DNA of 64,000 bases from an uncultured Bacteroidia bacterium (GCA_943846675.1 OX044357.1:1991073-2055072), one strand, 5' to 3'. Shown: positions 20,381 through 31,980, counted from the stretch's first letter. Numbers and translations: made by a program. Notes: generated by a model not told the origin, from the sequence alone.

Positions 20381-20586
20381 GTGACTGCCTAAATGAACAA
20401 ATTCTACGTTCAACTGTCTAGAGTATAGTCAATAACATCTAAAAGGCGGTTTTGTAACCAGAGAACCTCATTGACTTTTGGGTACCATAAGCCCTACTCT
20501 ACTTCTACATTACCAAAACATTAAACCTCACCTAACCATTCACACCTTCAGATTAACCTCTGAAAATCACTTAACTTCGCAACGAT

Positions 20587-22719
20587 TTGAAAAAGAAGAA
20601 AAAAATACATAAATCCGGGCCTAAAAAACTGCCCGGTAAATACAGACAACTACTGGACTTTTTTCGCGGAAACCCTCGAAAATCCTACAATTACAAACAA
20701 ATAACGCATCAATTAGGGATTTCATCTCCTGAACAAAAAGATGATGTTATAAAAATTCTCCAGGTTATGGAGAAAGAGGAAATCATTGAAGCAGTAGAAA
20801 GAGGCAAATACCGTTACATCCCTGACTATAGCTTGTTTACAGGCATAGTTGAGTTTACTCAACGTGGAGCAGCCTTTGTTTTGGTTGACGACCTGGATGA
20901 AGACATTTACATTAGCAAGTCTTTAACTGGAATGGCCTTAAATGGCGATACGGTTACCGTTGAATTAATCAGACAGAAAAAAGGAAGCCGACTAGAGGGT
21001 AAAATTATTGAAGTTGTAGAGCGCGCACGAACCCAGTTTGTTGGCACCGTTCAGCGCATGAAGAAGTTCGCTTTTATAATTCCGGATAACAGCCGAATTC
21101 ATGTTGACTTTTTTGTATCCATAGAGGATATGAACAAAGCCAAAGACGGAGACAAAGTGCTGGTTGACTTAATTGACTGGCCTTTAAGTACGCCAAACCC
21201 GTATTGCAGAGTCACCAAGATACTTGGTAAGGCGGGTGAGCACGACACGGAGATGCATGCCATTGTTGCAGAATTTGGGTTTAAAACCGAATTTGAGCAG
21301 AACGTTTTGGATGATGCCGAAGGCTTCCCAGACAAGATTTCGAAAGAAGAAATACAGAAACGTAAGGATCTGCGCGATACACTCACTTTTACCATCGACC
21401 CAGTTGATGCCAAAGATTTTGACGATGCCATTTCTTACAAAAAATTAGAAAACGGAAACCACGAGGTGGGCGTCCACATAGCGGATGTTAGCCATTTTGT
21501 AAGACCAAACTCTGCCTTAGATGATGAGGCGTTTGACCGTGCCACATCTGTTTATCTTGTTGATCGCACGATTCCTATGCTCCCTGAGCGGATATCCAAC
21601 CACTTGTGTTCGTTGAAACCCAACGTTGATCGATTGGCTTTTGCTGTCATTTTTGAACTGAATAACAAGGCCGACATCGTTAACTACTGGGTGGGCAAAA
21701 CCGTTATTCATTCAGATCGCAGGTTTAGTTATGAAGAAGCCCAAGAGGTGATTGAAGGAAAATCAAAAGAACTTCAAACTGAAATACAACAATTAAATAC
21801 ACTTGCCCATAAACTCCGGGACCAACGCTTTAAAAATGGTGCAATTTCATTCGAGAGCGACGAGTTTAGGTTTCTGTTAGATGAACAAGGCAAACCTGTT
21901 GAAGTCATAAAAAAGGTACGTGTAGATGCACATAAGATGATTGAGGATTATATGCTATTGGCCAACAAAACCATTGCCAAGCATGTATATACCAAGATTA
22001 AAAAAGTATTGCCGTATCGTGTTCATGATTCACCGAATATTGAAAAAATGGCATTCTTCATTCAAACGGCGAAAAAATTCGGGTATGATATTGATACAAA
22101 AAGCAACGAAGCAATCAGCAAAACGATTAACCATATGGTAGAAAAATCGGAAGGTAAAGTGGAGGCAAACATACTGCACCCCCTTGCGATTAGAAGTATG
22201 GAGAAAGCTGTTTATACAACAAAGGACACCTATCACTTTGGTTTAAATTTCAACTACTATACGCACTTCACAAGTCCGATACGGCGGTATCCTGACCTCA
22301 TTGTACACCGGTTGCTTTTTGATTATTTAAATAACAAATCAGCGCCAAAAGTTGACGACGTAGAAAAGGCTTGTAAACACAGCTCTCAAATGGAGCAGAA
22401 AGCGACTCAGGCAGAAAGAGCCTCATCCAAATACAAACAGATAGAATACTTATCTGATTATGTGGGAGAAGTATTTGACGGGATAATTTCTGGGGTAACA
22501 GAATGGGGAATATTTGTTGAGCTTAAAGACAACCATTGTGAAGGCATGGTGCGCATTAGCGATATGAAGGGAGACTTCTATGAGTTTTATGAAAAGGATT
22601 TATCCGTTGTCGGCCGCCGGACAGGTAGACGATTCACCTTTGGAGACGATGTAAAGGTGCGTATCAAAAAAACAAATATGCACAAACGTACCGCAGATTT
22701 TAGCTTGATTCTGAGATGA
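20587..22719 (+). CDS. rnr: Ribonuclease R
   Basis: FTIDPVDAKDFDDA, HIADVS, YTHFTSPIRRYPD, C-terminal S1 domain. Confidence 0.96.
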   Translation: MKKKKKIHKSGPKKLPGKYRQLLDFFRGNPRKSYNYKQITHQLGISSPEQKDDVIKILQVMEKEEIIEAVERGKYRYIPDYSLFTGIVEFTQRGAAFVLVDDLDEDIYISKSLTGMALNGDTVTVELIRQKKGSRLEGKIIEVVERARTQFVGTVQRMKKFAFIIPDNSRIHVDFFVSIEDMNKAKDGDKVLVDLIDWPLSTPNPYCRVTKILGKAGEHDTEMHAIVAEFGFKTEFEQNVLDDAEGFPDKISKEEIQKRKDLRDTLTFTIDPVDAKDFDDAISYKKLENGNHEVGVHIADVSHFVRPNSALDDEAFDRATSVYLVDRTIPMLPERISNHLCSLKPNVDRLAFAVIFELNNKADIVNYWVGKTVIHSDRRFSYEEAQEVIEGKSKELQTEIQQLNTLAHKLRDQRFKNGAISFESDEFRFLLDEQGKPVEVIKKVRVDAHKMIEDYMLLANKTIAKHVYTKIKKVLPYRVHDSPNIEKMAFFIQTAKKFGYDIDTKSNEAISKTINHMVEKSEGKVEANILHPLAIRSMEKAVYTTKDTYHFGLNFNYYTHFTSPIRRYPDLIVHRLLFDYLNNKSAPKVDDVEKACKHSSQMEQKATQAERASSKYKQIEYLSDYVGEVFDGIISGVTEWGIFVELKDNHCEGMVRISDMKGDFYEFYEKDLSVVGRRTGRRFTFGDDVKVRIKKTNMHKRTADFSLILR

Positions 22720-23690
22720 CCACATATAAAAACTATTTAAAGCAATACCTGGACTACGTTAAAAACAATCCTTTTACAGGAGCGCCAGATGAACTATATG
22801 ATCCAGCAAATTACATCCTTCAACTTGGAGGTAAGCGCGTTAGACCTTTGTTGGTATTACTCGGATACGGCCTTACCAATACAGATGTAACAAAGGCTTT
22901 ACCGCTAGCCAATGCCGTTGAAGTGTTTCACAATTTCACCTTGATGCACGACGACATTATGGATAATGCCGATGTACGCAGAGGTGAACCTACAGTTCAT
23001 GTTAAGTGGAATCCGAACATCGCTATTTTGAGCGGTGACTTGATGTTGGTCAAAGCCTATCAAATGTTAAATAATCTTCAAACAGATTTAGAAACCAAAA
23101 CTCAAATCACCGATGGTTTTGGTAAAATGGCAGAAGAAGTTTGTGTTGGACAACAGTTTGACATGAATTTTGAAACACAAGAAACTGTAAACGAATCTGA
23201 TTACCTAGCCATGATTGAAGGTAAAACCTCGGTGTTGTTGGCATTTAGTTTAGAAGCAGGAGGGCAATTAGGAGGAGCCAATAAAACGGTAACAGATGCC
23301 TTGTATCAGTATGGTTTAAATATTGGCTTGGCGTTTCAAGTAATGGACGATTACTTGGATACCTTTGGAGACCAAGCAAGTTTTGGTAAGCGCATTGGTG
23401 GAGATATATTAGAAAACAAGAAAACACTCTTGTGGATTGAAGCAAGAAAAAGAGCGCAGCCAGATCAATTGAAATCGTTGGACGAATGGTACGGTAAAAC
23501 CATTGATAGCCAAGAAAAAATTGATGCCGTAACGTTATTATTTAGGACCCTAGAAGTAGACAAATATGCCGAGCAAATGATGCATCAGTTTTCTACCAAA
23601 GCGTCTAACTACCTTGATATAATTCGGCAACAGTACAACACGGAATTAATCGAATCATTGGCATCAGATTTAATGACAAGGAGTAAATAG
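22716..23690 (+). CDS. Polyprenyl diphosphate synthase
   Basis: GGKRVRP, HDDIMD..RRG, GQQ.DM, FQVMDDYLD. Confidence 0.93.
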   Translation: MTTYKNYLKQYLDYVKNNPFTGAPDELYDPANYILQLGGKRVRPLLVLLGYGLTNTDVTKALPLANAVEVFHNFTLMHDDIMDNADVRRGEPTVHVKWNPNIAILSGDLMLVKAYQMLNNLQTDLETKTQITDGFGKMAEEVCVGQQFDMNFETQETVNESDYLAMIEGKTSVLLAFSLEAGGQLGGANKTVTDALYQYGLNIGLAFQVMDDYLDTFGDQASFGKRIGGDILENKKTLLWIEARKRAQPDQLKSLDEWYGKTIDSQEKIDAVTLLFRTLEVDKYAEQMMHQFSTKASNYLDIIRQQYNTELIESLASDLMTRSK

Positions 23691-23696
23691 AATACG

Positions 23697-24620
23697 TTGA
23701 GCCAGCCTTTCATAGTCATTGAACATCAGAGCAAGAACCCCTATTTTAATCTTGCTGCAGAATCGTACTTTCTTCACGAATTTGAAGAAAACGTCATCTT
23801 CCTGTATGTGAATGAACCTGCTGTAGTTGTTGGCAAACATCAGAATGCGTTTGAAGAGTGTCAAGTGGACTATTGTAAGAGCAATGGTATTCACATTGCC
23901 CGCAGACTTAGCGGCGGAGGCACCGTTTTCCATGGCCCTGGAAATCTAAATTTCTGTTTCATCAAAAATGGTGATGATGCTTCAAAACTCATCGACTTTA
24001 AGAAGCACTTAGAACCTGTTATTTCATTTCTTCGGTCAATTGGCTTACCAGCAGTCTATAGTGGCCGAAATGACATTCTGGTTGACGGATTTAAAGTATC
24101 GGGAAACGCCGAACACGTGTTTAGCAAAAAGAAGCGTGTTATTCATCATGGCACCTTACTGTTTGATGCAGACTTAGAGTCACTTCGTGACTCTATCGCA
24201 CCAAAAAATCACATTACATTTGAAACACACGCGGTTAAATCTATGAGAAGCAAGGTTAAAAATCTTACCGATTTTTTCAAACAATCTATTGATTTTAAAG
24301 GCTTTAATAACCAGTTGAGCGCATTCTTAATCGCGCATTTTAAAGCAACTACATACACCTTAAACTCGGCTGATTTACAGGCCATTGAGCACTTGGCTGA
24401 AACAAAATTTGGTACATGGGAATGGAACCTGGGATATTCGCCAAAATTCAAATCTACCGTGCAGTTGTCTAACACAAATAGTGTAACAGTCAGCGTTCAA
24501 AAAGGACTCATAACGTCGGTAGTTGATGGTGACCAACAAGAGGAAACAACATCCCTTTTGGTAGGCAAACCCTATTCAAAAGCAACCTTTGCTTTGGCTG
24601 GTTTTGATGTTATCATTTAA
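23697..24620 (+). CDS. lplA: Lipoate-protein ligase A
   Basis: VVGKHQN, RRLSGGGTVFH..GNLN, KVSGNA, HHGTLL. Confidence 0.9.
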   Translation: MSQPFIVIEHQSKNPYFNLAAESYFLHEFEENVIFLYVNEPAVVVGKHQNAFEECQVDYCKSNGIHIARRLSGGGTVFHGPGNLNFCFIKNGDDASKLIDFKKHLEPVISFLRSIGLPAVYSGRNDILVDGFKVSGNAEHVFSKKKRVIHHGTLLFDADLESLRDSIAPKNHITFETHAVKSMRSKVKNLTDFFKQSIDFKGFNNQLSAFLIAHFKATTYTLNSADLQAIEHLAETKFGTWEWNLGYSPKFKSTVQLSNTNSVTVSVQKGLITSVVDGDQQEETTSLLVGKPYSKATFALAGFDVII

Positions 24621-25441
24621 AACTGAGACTGTATGCCTACGTGTAAACCAGAATAATGCATATCGTCATTTGAATTAAAGTTGATTTGCTGACCGAATAG
24701 CATTCCAAAACTAATGTAGTACGGCTTTTTAATTGAAGGCCTGATTTCTACCGAAAAAGCAGATTCAAACCTCACTATTGGATTATATGCCGCTCGAAAC
24801 CATTCAAACGTTAGCTCACCGTCGTACTGTTTAGCTTCAGATATCACCGACTCCCCGTCCATTAGCCTGCTCAGCTTACCGGTGTAAGAAGAAATCTGTA
24901 TGCCCGCACGAAGCGGAATTAAAGTGCCCATCCCAATAGAGGTATTAACCGAAAAATAATCGTTCAAGATGATACGATAGAAGGCATGTGGGCCAACATT
25001 TAGATAGTCGTTTAACTCTGCATAGGCATCCGTTTTAAAACCATATGTCCGTCTTACAATGCCTAATTTTTGATCTACAACAGATTCTTCCTCCAAATAT
25101 TCCTTTGTACCGATATAGCGCGTACGCTGTTGGAACTGACTCGAAACTTTAGCGCCAACATACAATTCCCTTCTTAGGCTCTTTGATTGATTAATCCGTC
25201 TAAGCCATTGCATGTCGTAGTTACGAATCTGTCTTGCTGTTGCATACCATTTACCTCTTGTATAGCTGCCAAAATCAATTGATTCTGAAACCACGTGCTG
25301 TATGTGTGAGGCTGAATTTGTACTGGTACTTTGGCCTGCATAACTTCCGTATCCCATGCCCACTTCTGTTCGTCCGTTTCTAGTCTGACCGAACAATTGG
25401 GTTACAGACAGAAAGAATAAACAGGTTAGTTGAAGCTTCAT
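24617..25441 (-). CDS. Hypothetical exported protein, probable outer-membrane beta-barrel
   Basis: Signal-like MKLQLTCLFFLSVTQLFG, alternating beta pattern, terminal Phe. Confidence 0.55.
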   Translation of the reverse strand: MKLQLTCLFFLSVTQLFGQTRNGRTEVGMGYGSYAGQSTSTNSASHIQHVVSESIDFGSYTRGKWYATARQIRNYDMQWLRRINQSKSLRRELYVGAKVSSQFQQRTRYIGTKEYLEEESVVDQKLGIVRRTYGFKTDAYAELNDYLNVGPHAFYRIILNDYFSVNTSIGMGTLIPLRAGIQISSYTGKLSRLMDGESVISEAKQYDGELTFEWFRAAYNPIVRFESAFSVEIRPSIKKPYYISFGMLFGQQINFNSNDDMHYSGLHVGIQSQF

Positions 25442-25504
25442 ATTGTACAAATGGATACTTTTGAAACGGTAATTCTGAAAATTAATTATTTCTCGCAATA
25501 GGAT

Positions 25505-26140
25505 ATGACAAAAGCACAGAAAGTTGAGGAAATCATATCAACTTTAGACGAACTGTTCCCAAACCCTCCAATTCCTTTACAACATAAAGACGCATATACC
25601 TTGCTAATCGCTGTATTGCTATCTGCACAATGTACCGATGAACGCGTCAACCAAATAACACCCAAACTATTTGCGCGTGCCGACAACCCACACGACATGG
25701 TTAAACTCAGTGTTGAAGAAATCAGAGAGATTATAAAACCTTGTGGCTTGTCACCAATGAAATCTAAAGGCATATTTGGATTGAGTAAGATGATTATTGA
25801 TCAGCACAATGGCAAAGTACCAGCGTCGTTTGAAGCGCTTGAAGCAATGCCCGCCGTTGGTCATAAAACGGCCTCTGTGGTGATGTCGCAAGCATTTGGT
25901 GTTCCAGCCTTTCCGGTAGATACGCACATCCACCGTCTTGCCTATCGTTGGGGTTTAAGTACGGGTAAAAGTGTAGAACAAACGGAAAAGGACCTCAAAC
26001 GATTAATTCCGCGTGAGATTTGGAATGACATTCATCTCCAGATCATTTATTTCGGACGTAAATTTTGCCCAGCACGTGGTCACGATGTTTCAGCATGTCC
26101 AATTTGCAGTATTCACGGCAGAAAGAACATGAAACGATAG
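25505..26140 (+). CDS. nth: Endonuclease III
   Basis: LLSAQCTD.RVN, HhH PAVGHKTA, FPVDTHIHR, Cys cluster. Confidence 0.95.
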   Translation: MTKAQKVEEIISTLDELFPNPPIPLQHKDAYTLLIAVLLSAQCTDERVNQITPKLFARADNPHDMVKLSVEEIREIIKPCGLSPMKSKGIFGLSKMIIDQHNGKVPASFEALEAMPAVGHKTASVVMSQAFGVPAFPVDTHIHRLAYRWGLSTGKSVEQTEKDLKRLIPREIWNDIHLQIIYFGRKFCPARGHDVSACPICSIHGRKNMKR

Positions 26141-26207
26141 GTCAAAAATTTCGTTGATAAACCACATTAATTGCAAACCTCTTCTATCTTTGACTGTTAT
26201 ATATATT

Positions 26208-26858
26208 ATGAAAAAAGTATTATTAATTTCTCTTTTTGGTTTGCTCATTTCGGCTTGTAACTCCAACACAAATACAGAGTCGGGTGAAACCACAGAAACT
26301 ACTGCAGATAGTGTTCAGTTTTACGAATATCAGCGTGCATTCACAAAGCTGACTTGGACTGCTTATAAAACAACAGCCAAGATTGGTGTAAATGGGTCGT
26401 TTGATGAATTTAATGTTGATCCAGGCGTTAATTACGGAACAGTTACCGCGTTACTTGATCAATTGGAATTCTCCATACCTGTGTCTACCACTAACTCCGA
26501 AAACGAAGAGAGAGATGGTAAGATTGTAGCCTCGTTTTTTGGCTCGATGATGAATACGGAAAGCATTGCTGGGAAATTTACGAGTGTTGCTGGTAATGAT
26601 ACTAGCGGCTCTATACGCATTGAAATCTCAATGAACGATATTGCTTATGAAGTTGATGGCACCTATGCTGCAGATGGTAACAAAGTAACAATCAACACAA
26701 GTCTTCATTTGGGTGATTGGAAAGCAGAACCCAGTGTTGATGCTTTAAATAAGGTATGTGATGACTTACACAAAGGCGAAGACGGCGTATCCAAGCTTTG
26801 GCCCAACGTTGACATCGTGATTGAAACAAGTCTAAAACCGGTTTCAAGCGCTTCTTAA
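26208..26858 (+). CDS. YceI-like lipoprotein
   Basis: Lipobox LISAC, WTAYKT..K.GV.G.F, RD.KI...FF; TATCTTTG box at 26185-26192 supports this start. Confidence 0.75.
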   Translation: MKKVLLISLFGLLISACNSNTNTESGETTETTADSVQFYEYQRAFTKLTWTAYKTTAKIGVNGSFDEFNVDPGVNYGTVTALLDQLEFSIPVSTTNSENEERDGKIVASFFGSMMNTESIAGKFTSVAGNDTSGSIRIEISMNDIAYEVDGTYAADGNKVTINTSLHLGDWKAEPSVDALNKVCDDLHKGEDGVSKLWPNVDIVIETSLKPVSSAS

Positions 26859-26861
26859 GAC

Positions 26862-27488
26862 TTACAGAAGGGCCTCTAAACCCAATCCTTCTCTGACCAC
26901 ATACGGCACTTTCTCTGTACAATCTACAACTGTACTGCCTTGGTTTTGTCCTATCCCACCGTCAACAACGTAATGAACTTGATGTTTCCAGTTCTCATAG
27001 ATTTCAGCAGGGTCTGTAATATAGTCTAAGATTTCATCTTCAGAGTGAATTGAACTCGACACGATTGGATTACCCAATTCGACAACCAAAGCATGAACTA
27101 TATCCGAATCCGGAACCCTAATTCCCACCGTTTTTTTGTTTGTTTTAAACAGTTTAGCAACTTCATTGGTGGCTGTCAGAATAAAGGTGTAAGGCCCAGG
27201 AAGCACCCTTTTCATTAGCTTAAAAATAGGGTTTGACAAAGGTTTACAATATGCCGCTAAATCTGTTAAGTCCTTACACAACAGAGATAGGTTGGCTTTG
27301 TTAGGCTTTTTGCCAAGTAATTTACACAGTATATCAATGGATTTTTTGTTATACAAATCGCATGATACCGCATAAATTGTATCTGTTGGAATGATTATAA
27401 TTTTGCCGTCTCTATACGCTTCAGCAAGTTGTTTGACACGCCGTTTATCGGGTGTTTCTTGATGAAGTTCTAGATATTCGGCTGGCAT
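26862..27488 (-). CDS. Sua5/YciO/YrdC family protein (threonylcarbamoyl-AMP synthase-like)
   Basis: PTDTIYA, PGPYTFIL, GIRVP, STVVD. Confidence 0.9.
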   Translation of the reverse strand: MPAEYLELHQETPDKRRVKQLAEAYRDGKIIIIPTDTIYAVSCDLYNKKSIDILCKLLGKKPNKANLSLLCKDLTDLAAYCKPLSNPIFKLMKRVLPGPYTFILTATNEVAKLFKTNKKTVGIRVPDSDIVHALVVELGNPIVSSSIHSEDEILDYITDPAEIYENWKHQVHYVVDGGIGQNQGSTVVDCTEKVPYVVREGLGLEALL

Positions 27489-27494
27489 ATGTAC

Positions 27495-28685
27495 TTATGA
27501 TAACACTTCAGAAACAGCATCTGCTGCTTCTTGAAGAAGAATAGCAGAGCGTACTTCTAATCCACTTTCGTCGATTATCTTTTTGGCTTCTACTGCATTT
27601 GTTCCTTGTAGTCTTACAATAATGGGTACAGGAATATTCCCGATGTTTTGATACGCGTCCACAACACCTTGTGCTACTCTATCACATCTAACAATTCCTC
27701 CAAAAATATTGATTAGGATCGCTTTTACATTTGGGTCTTTTAAGATGATACGGAATCCTGCTTCAACGGTTTCAGCACTTGCCGTACCGCCAACATCTAA
27801 AAAGTTAGCAGGCTCTCCGCCACTCAATTTGATAATATCCATTGTAGCCATCGCTAAACCGGCACCGTTTACCATACAGCCAACGTTTCCGTCTAGGTTC
27901 ACATAGTTTAAGTTGAATTTCTTTGCTTCAACTTCAGTCGGATCTTCTTCACTTTCGTCTCTTAAAGCTGCGTGATCTTTGTGTCTATATAAGGCATTGT
28001 CGTCTAAATCCACTTTGGCATCTACCGCGATAATTTTATCGTCAGATGTTTTTAACACTGGGTTTATTTCAAACATGGACGAATCTGTATCTACGTATGC
28101 ATTGTACAATGCATTTACGAATTTCACCATGCCTTTCATTGCAACGCCAGTTAAGCCTAAGTTAAAGGCTATTTTACGTGCTTGAAATGGGAGTAAACCT
28201 GTAGCAGGATTAATCCACTCTTTCCATATTTTTTCAGGATGTGTTTCTGCAACCTCTTCTATATCCATTCCACCTTCGGTGGTATAAATGATTACATTTT
28301 TACCTAAAGCTCTATCCAATAAAACACTCATGTAATACTCTTTCGGCTCAGAATCACCTGGATAGTAAACATCTTGTGCTATTAACACTTTGTTCACTTT
28401 CTTTCCTTCGGGTCCAGTTTGTGGAGTAACCAACTGCATGCCTAATATGTCGTTAACGCGTTGTTTTGCTTCCTCCATATTTTTGGCAAGCTTAACACCA
28501 CCGCCTTTACCACGACCACCTGCATGGATTTGGGCTTTTACTACAACCCAATCCGTTCCGGTGTCTTCTTTCAATTGATTTACGCTTGACTCAGTCATTG
28601 CGTTGTCGTTTACAACGACACCTTCTTGAATAGCAACCCCGTAAGATTTAAGAATTTGTTTTGCTTGATACTCGTGAATATTCAT
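27495..28685 (-). CDS. sucC: Succinyl-CoA synthetase beta subunit
   Basis: [44 protein letters not shown]. Confidence 0.97.
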   Translation of the reverse strand: MNIHEYQAKQILKSYGVAIQEGVVVNDNAMTESSVNQLKEDTGTDWVVVKAQIHAGGRGKGGGVKLAKNMEEAKQRVNDILGMQLVTPQTGPEGKKVNKVLIAQDVYYPGDSEPKEYYMSVLLDRALGKNVIIYTTEGGMDIEEVAETHPEKIWKEWINPATGLLPFQARKIAFNLGLTGVAMKGMVKFVNALYNAYVDTDSSMFEINPVLKTSDDKIIAVDAKVDLDDNALYRHKDHAALRDESEEDPTEVEAKKFNLNYVNLDGNVGCMVNGAGLAMATMDIIKLSGGEPANFLDVGGTASAETVEAGFRIILKDPNVKAILINIFGGIVRCDRVAQGVVDAYQNIGNIPVPIIVRLQGTNAVEAKKIIDESGLEVRSAILLQEAADAVSEVLS

Positions 28686-28862
28686 GCTGTATAATTTGAC
28701 GGCAAAAATAAGATTTATACCTCCTGTAAGGCCTTAATTTTATTACTTTTTTCAACCATCGCTCCACCTTATTTTTCCCATATTGGGAACATTTTGTCTT
28801 ATATGTGGAAATATGACATTTAAAACGCTGTTTTTATAGCATAGTTTTCTACTTTTGTTCTG

Positions 28863-30893
28863 ATGAAAATTACTACTACTGCTATTGCCATGTTGCTATG
28901 CTATGCCTTTTCTTTTGGGCAAAGCATACCTAAAGCCGCCTCCGCCAACTGGCAGAGCCTCGCAACTCATCAAAACATTGTTCAAAAAAACGTCATCAAC
29001 ATAAAGCGATTAGGCGCTGATATAACCGGAGAAACACCTTGTGACAAATACGTAAAACTGGCTGTCGAAAACTCAAGGCAAACTGGTGCCATTATCTATT
29101 TCCCGAAAGGAATTTATTTGCTCAATGAATCAATCGAGCTTACCTCAAACCAATACTTGGCTGGTGACGGGAGCACTCAAACCATATTAAAGTTCGATCT
29201 TGGTGGTAGCGGACATTTAATCTATGCAAGAGGAAACACATTTGCCAAATGGACAAACTTACTGCAGCAAGCGCATAAAGATGAGCACACGATAGTTAGT
29301 AAAAATGAATATTTAACTGCAGGCGACATGGTGCGTATACGTATCACAGACAAATCAAGAACAACTTCAGATTGGGCAAACGGGTCAATCGGTCAAATAA
29401 CAAGGGTACGGTCCGTTACTGATGCTACAATTGAATTGGAAGACCCATTGAGGCTTGACCTTGATTCTATTTATCAACCGCAGATTATTAAGGTAAACCC
29501 GCAACGTAATTTGGGTGTGGTGAATCTAAAAATAATTCGTTTGGATCAAACTGCAGGTCAGACGGATAACATTCGATTTGAATACACGGATAATGCTTTG
29601 GTCAGCGGAGTACACTCTGATTCTTGCAATTTTGCCCACGTGAACAACATATACAGCTACAAAAACCGTGTAGAAGGTTCTTATTTTACAAACGCTTTCA
29701 ATCATGGCGGAGGAGGAAAAGCCTATGGTGTTGTTTTAGCGTTTACTTCTGGGCAATGTGTTATCGAAAACAACATTTTTAAAAGACTAAGACATTCTAT
29801 TCTGTTTCAAGCTGGTTCTAACGGAAATATTGTAGGCTACAACTATTCTCACGATGCATACTGGACGGGTGTCTTTAGCCCTTCCGATTTTAGTGGAGAC
29901 ATCGTTATGCATGGCAACTATCCCTTCCTAAACTTAATCGAAGGAAACATCATTCAAAACCTCGTCATAGATAACTCACATGGTATCAATGGACCAGGTA
30001 ACGTCTTTTTACGAAACCGAATTCAAAATGCTGGCATATTTATGAATTGTAGCCCAGCAACTGATAATCAAGCTTTTATTGGCAATGAGATTACCGGCAC
30101 CGGTACATCATCAAACGGACTAGTGCCATTCCCAAAAGGATTGTATTCCTTATGCGGACGAGGACATTATGAGTATGCCAATAACCAAAATGGCAAAATG
30201 ATTCCTTCCGGAGTTAGTAGCCTGATATCTTCCTTGTATTTCAGTAAAGCGCCATCCTTTTTACAAAACAGCAATTTCCCTGCGATTGGATATCCAAATA
30301 CGACGAAAACAAGTACGATTCCTGCTTTGCTTAGGTCTAAAAACGCCAAAAAGACGGTTGACTACACGTTTGACGTAGACCTTGGGCCGAAATTTAACCA
30401 AATGATTGTGCGTAAAATTGATCTAGGCATTTTGGTTACATGGCAAACAAACCTTGTAAGCGAATGCGAGCAATACACGGTTCACAGACAAGAAGACAAT
30501 AAAGAATCAAAACAGATCGCTGTGGTGAAATGTGATAACAGCTCAGGTGCATTGTATAACCACAAAGACTATCACTACAACACAAAATCAACTTTTGTTA
30601 AGTACTACGTAATTTATCATGATTTCTTTGGCGAAGAAGTCGCATCTAACGAAGTGCAAATACAACTCAATGGTGGCAATGTAAGCGTACGTTCAGACGG
30701 TCGAGGAAGGCTTTTCTTCCCACGTGAAGTGACAACGTGCAAGGTGTTAGATCTTAATGGTATATTGGTTCACAGTCAGCTGGTGTCCAACAAAGTTGAA
30801 GAATTGCCGTCACACATCAAGAATGGGGTTTATGTTGTAGAATACAGTGGAAACCGTATATATAATCGCAGCAAAATTCAAGTAGTTCGGTAG
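28863..30893 (+). CDS. Secreted right-handed beta-helix (pectate lyase 3-like) protein with degenerate T9SS C-terminal domain
   Basis: Signal peptide, INIKRLGA, IYFPKGIY, L.GDG..QT.L, Asn-ladder repeats; C-terminal DLNG...GVYVV...SKIQVVR. Confidence 0.72.
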   Translation: MKITTTAIAMLLCYAFSFGQSIPKAASANWQSLATHQNIVQKNVINIKRLGADITGETPCDKYVKLAVENSRQTGAIIYFPKGIYLLNESIELTSNQYLAGDGSTQTILKFDLGGSGHLIYARGNTFAKWTNLLQQAHKDEHTIVSKNEYLTAGDMVRIRITDKSRTTSDWANGSIGQITRVRSVTDATIELEDPLRLDLDSIYQPQIIKVNPQRNLGVVNLKIIRLDQTAGQTDNIRFEYTDNALVSGVHSDSCNFAHVNNIYSYKNRVEGSYFTNAFNHGGGGKAYGVVLAFTSGQCVIENNIFKRLRHSILFQAGSNGNIVGYNYSHDAYWTGVFSPSDFSGDIVMHGNYPFLNLIEGNIIQNLVIDNSHGINGPGNVFLRNRIQNAGIFMNCSPATDNQAFIGNEITGTGTSSNGLVPFPKGLYSLCGRGHYEYANNQNGKMIPSGVSSLISSLYFSKAPSFLQNSNFPAIGYPNTTKTSTIPALLRSKNAKKTVDYTFDVDLGPKFNQMIVRKIDLGILVTWQTNLVSECEQYTVHRQEDNKESKQIAVVKCDNSSGALYNHKDYHYNTKSTFVKYYVIYHDFFGEEVASNEVQIQLNGGNVSVRSDGRGRLFFPREVTTCKVLDLNGILVHSQLVSNKVEELPSHIKNGVYVVEYSGNRIYNRSKIQVVR

Positions 30894-30894
30894 A

Positions 30895-31977
30895 TTACTT
30901 CTGTGCTTTCTTATACAACCAGCCTGCAACAAACATAAAGGCAATATTGGGAGTCCAAATAGCAACGACGGGATGCATGGCGCCTTTACTTCCTATCGAG
31001 CTAAAGAATTGTATCACGAAGAGGTAGAAAAAGCTGATTAAAATGCCTTTGGCCAAGTTTTTACCAACTCCTCTCCTAACCTTGGCAGACGAGACACACA
31101 CACCTATAAATGTCAATATAAGCATGGAAAAAGGACTTGCATACCGACGTTGTTTTTCTGTCTTATAGAAAAAAGCGTCTGACGTTCCCCGCATTTTTTC
31201 CAAAGCGATGTATTTGTCTAACTCTTCCATGTTAAAAGACTGCACATCCTCTTGTCTCCTAAAAAAGTCTTCAGGGTCAAACGGAACCATGGTATCCAAA
31301 TACGCACCAGAATGAAGTTGTTCCTTACCGTTGGGTAAAAACTCACGGATTCTATAGTTTGAAATCCGCCACGTTTCATTCTCCTTATTCCATCGGATTT
31401 TGTCGCCAAATAATCTGGACTTCAATCGACCATCTTCGACGTGTTCAAGCTGTATTTTGTAGCCAAAACTATCGAGATAATTGTAATTCTGGAGTGACAT
31501 AATCATGCCCGGTCGTATCTGTTGCTTAATATTCTTTTTATAGTTGTTCTCTAAATTACGTGTGTACCTGTTTTCAAATTCGACACGCTTTTTATCTGAT
31601 CTAGGTATAATCCATGCATTTAGCGAAAATGAAAATGCCCCAATAATTAGTGCAGACAACATGTACGGTCTTAGGAAACGCATGTACGAAACACCACCTG
31701 ATAGAATAGCCACTACCTCGGATTTATCCGCCATTTTTGACGTGAAGAAAATAACCGTAATGAAGACGAATATTGGGCTGAATAGATTGAGTAAGAAAGG
31801 AATAAAGTTGAAATAGTAATCAAAAACAATTTCACCAAAGGGTGTTTGTTTTTCTACAAAATCATCAATTTTTTCAGCTACATCAAAGACAATAATGATT
31901 ACAGTAAATAGCCCTAACGTGAGTACAAAACTCAGTAGGAACTTTTTAATGATGTACCAATCTATCTTTTTGATCAT
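30895..31977 (-). CDS. LptF/LptG family permease
   Basis: MIKKIDWYIIKKFL, SEVVAILSGGVS..R, 6 TM, WTPN. Confidence 0.9.
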   Translation of the reverse strand: MIKKIDWYIIKKFLLSFVLTLGLFTVIIIVFDVAEKIDDFVEKQTPFGEIVFDYYFNFIPFLLNLFSPIFVFITVIFFTSKMADKSEVVAILSGGVSYMRFLRPYMLSALIIGAFSFSLNAWIIPRSDKKRVEFENRYTRNLENNYKKNIKQQIRPGMIMSLQNYNYLDSFGYKIQLEHVEDGRLKSRLFGDKIRWNKENETWRISNYRIREFLPNGKEQLHSGAYLDTMVPFDPEDFFRRQEDVQSFNMEELDKYIALEKMRGTSDAFFYKTEKQRRYASPFSMLILTFIGVCVSSAKVRRGVGKNLAKGILISFFYLFVIQFFSSIGSKGAMHPVVAIWTPNIAFMFVAGWLYKKAQK

Positions 31978-31980
31978 GGT

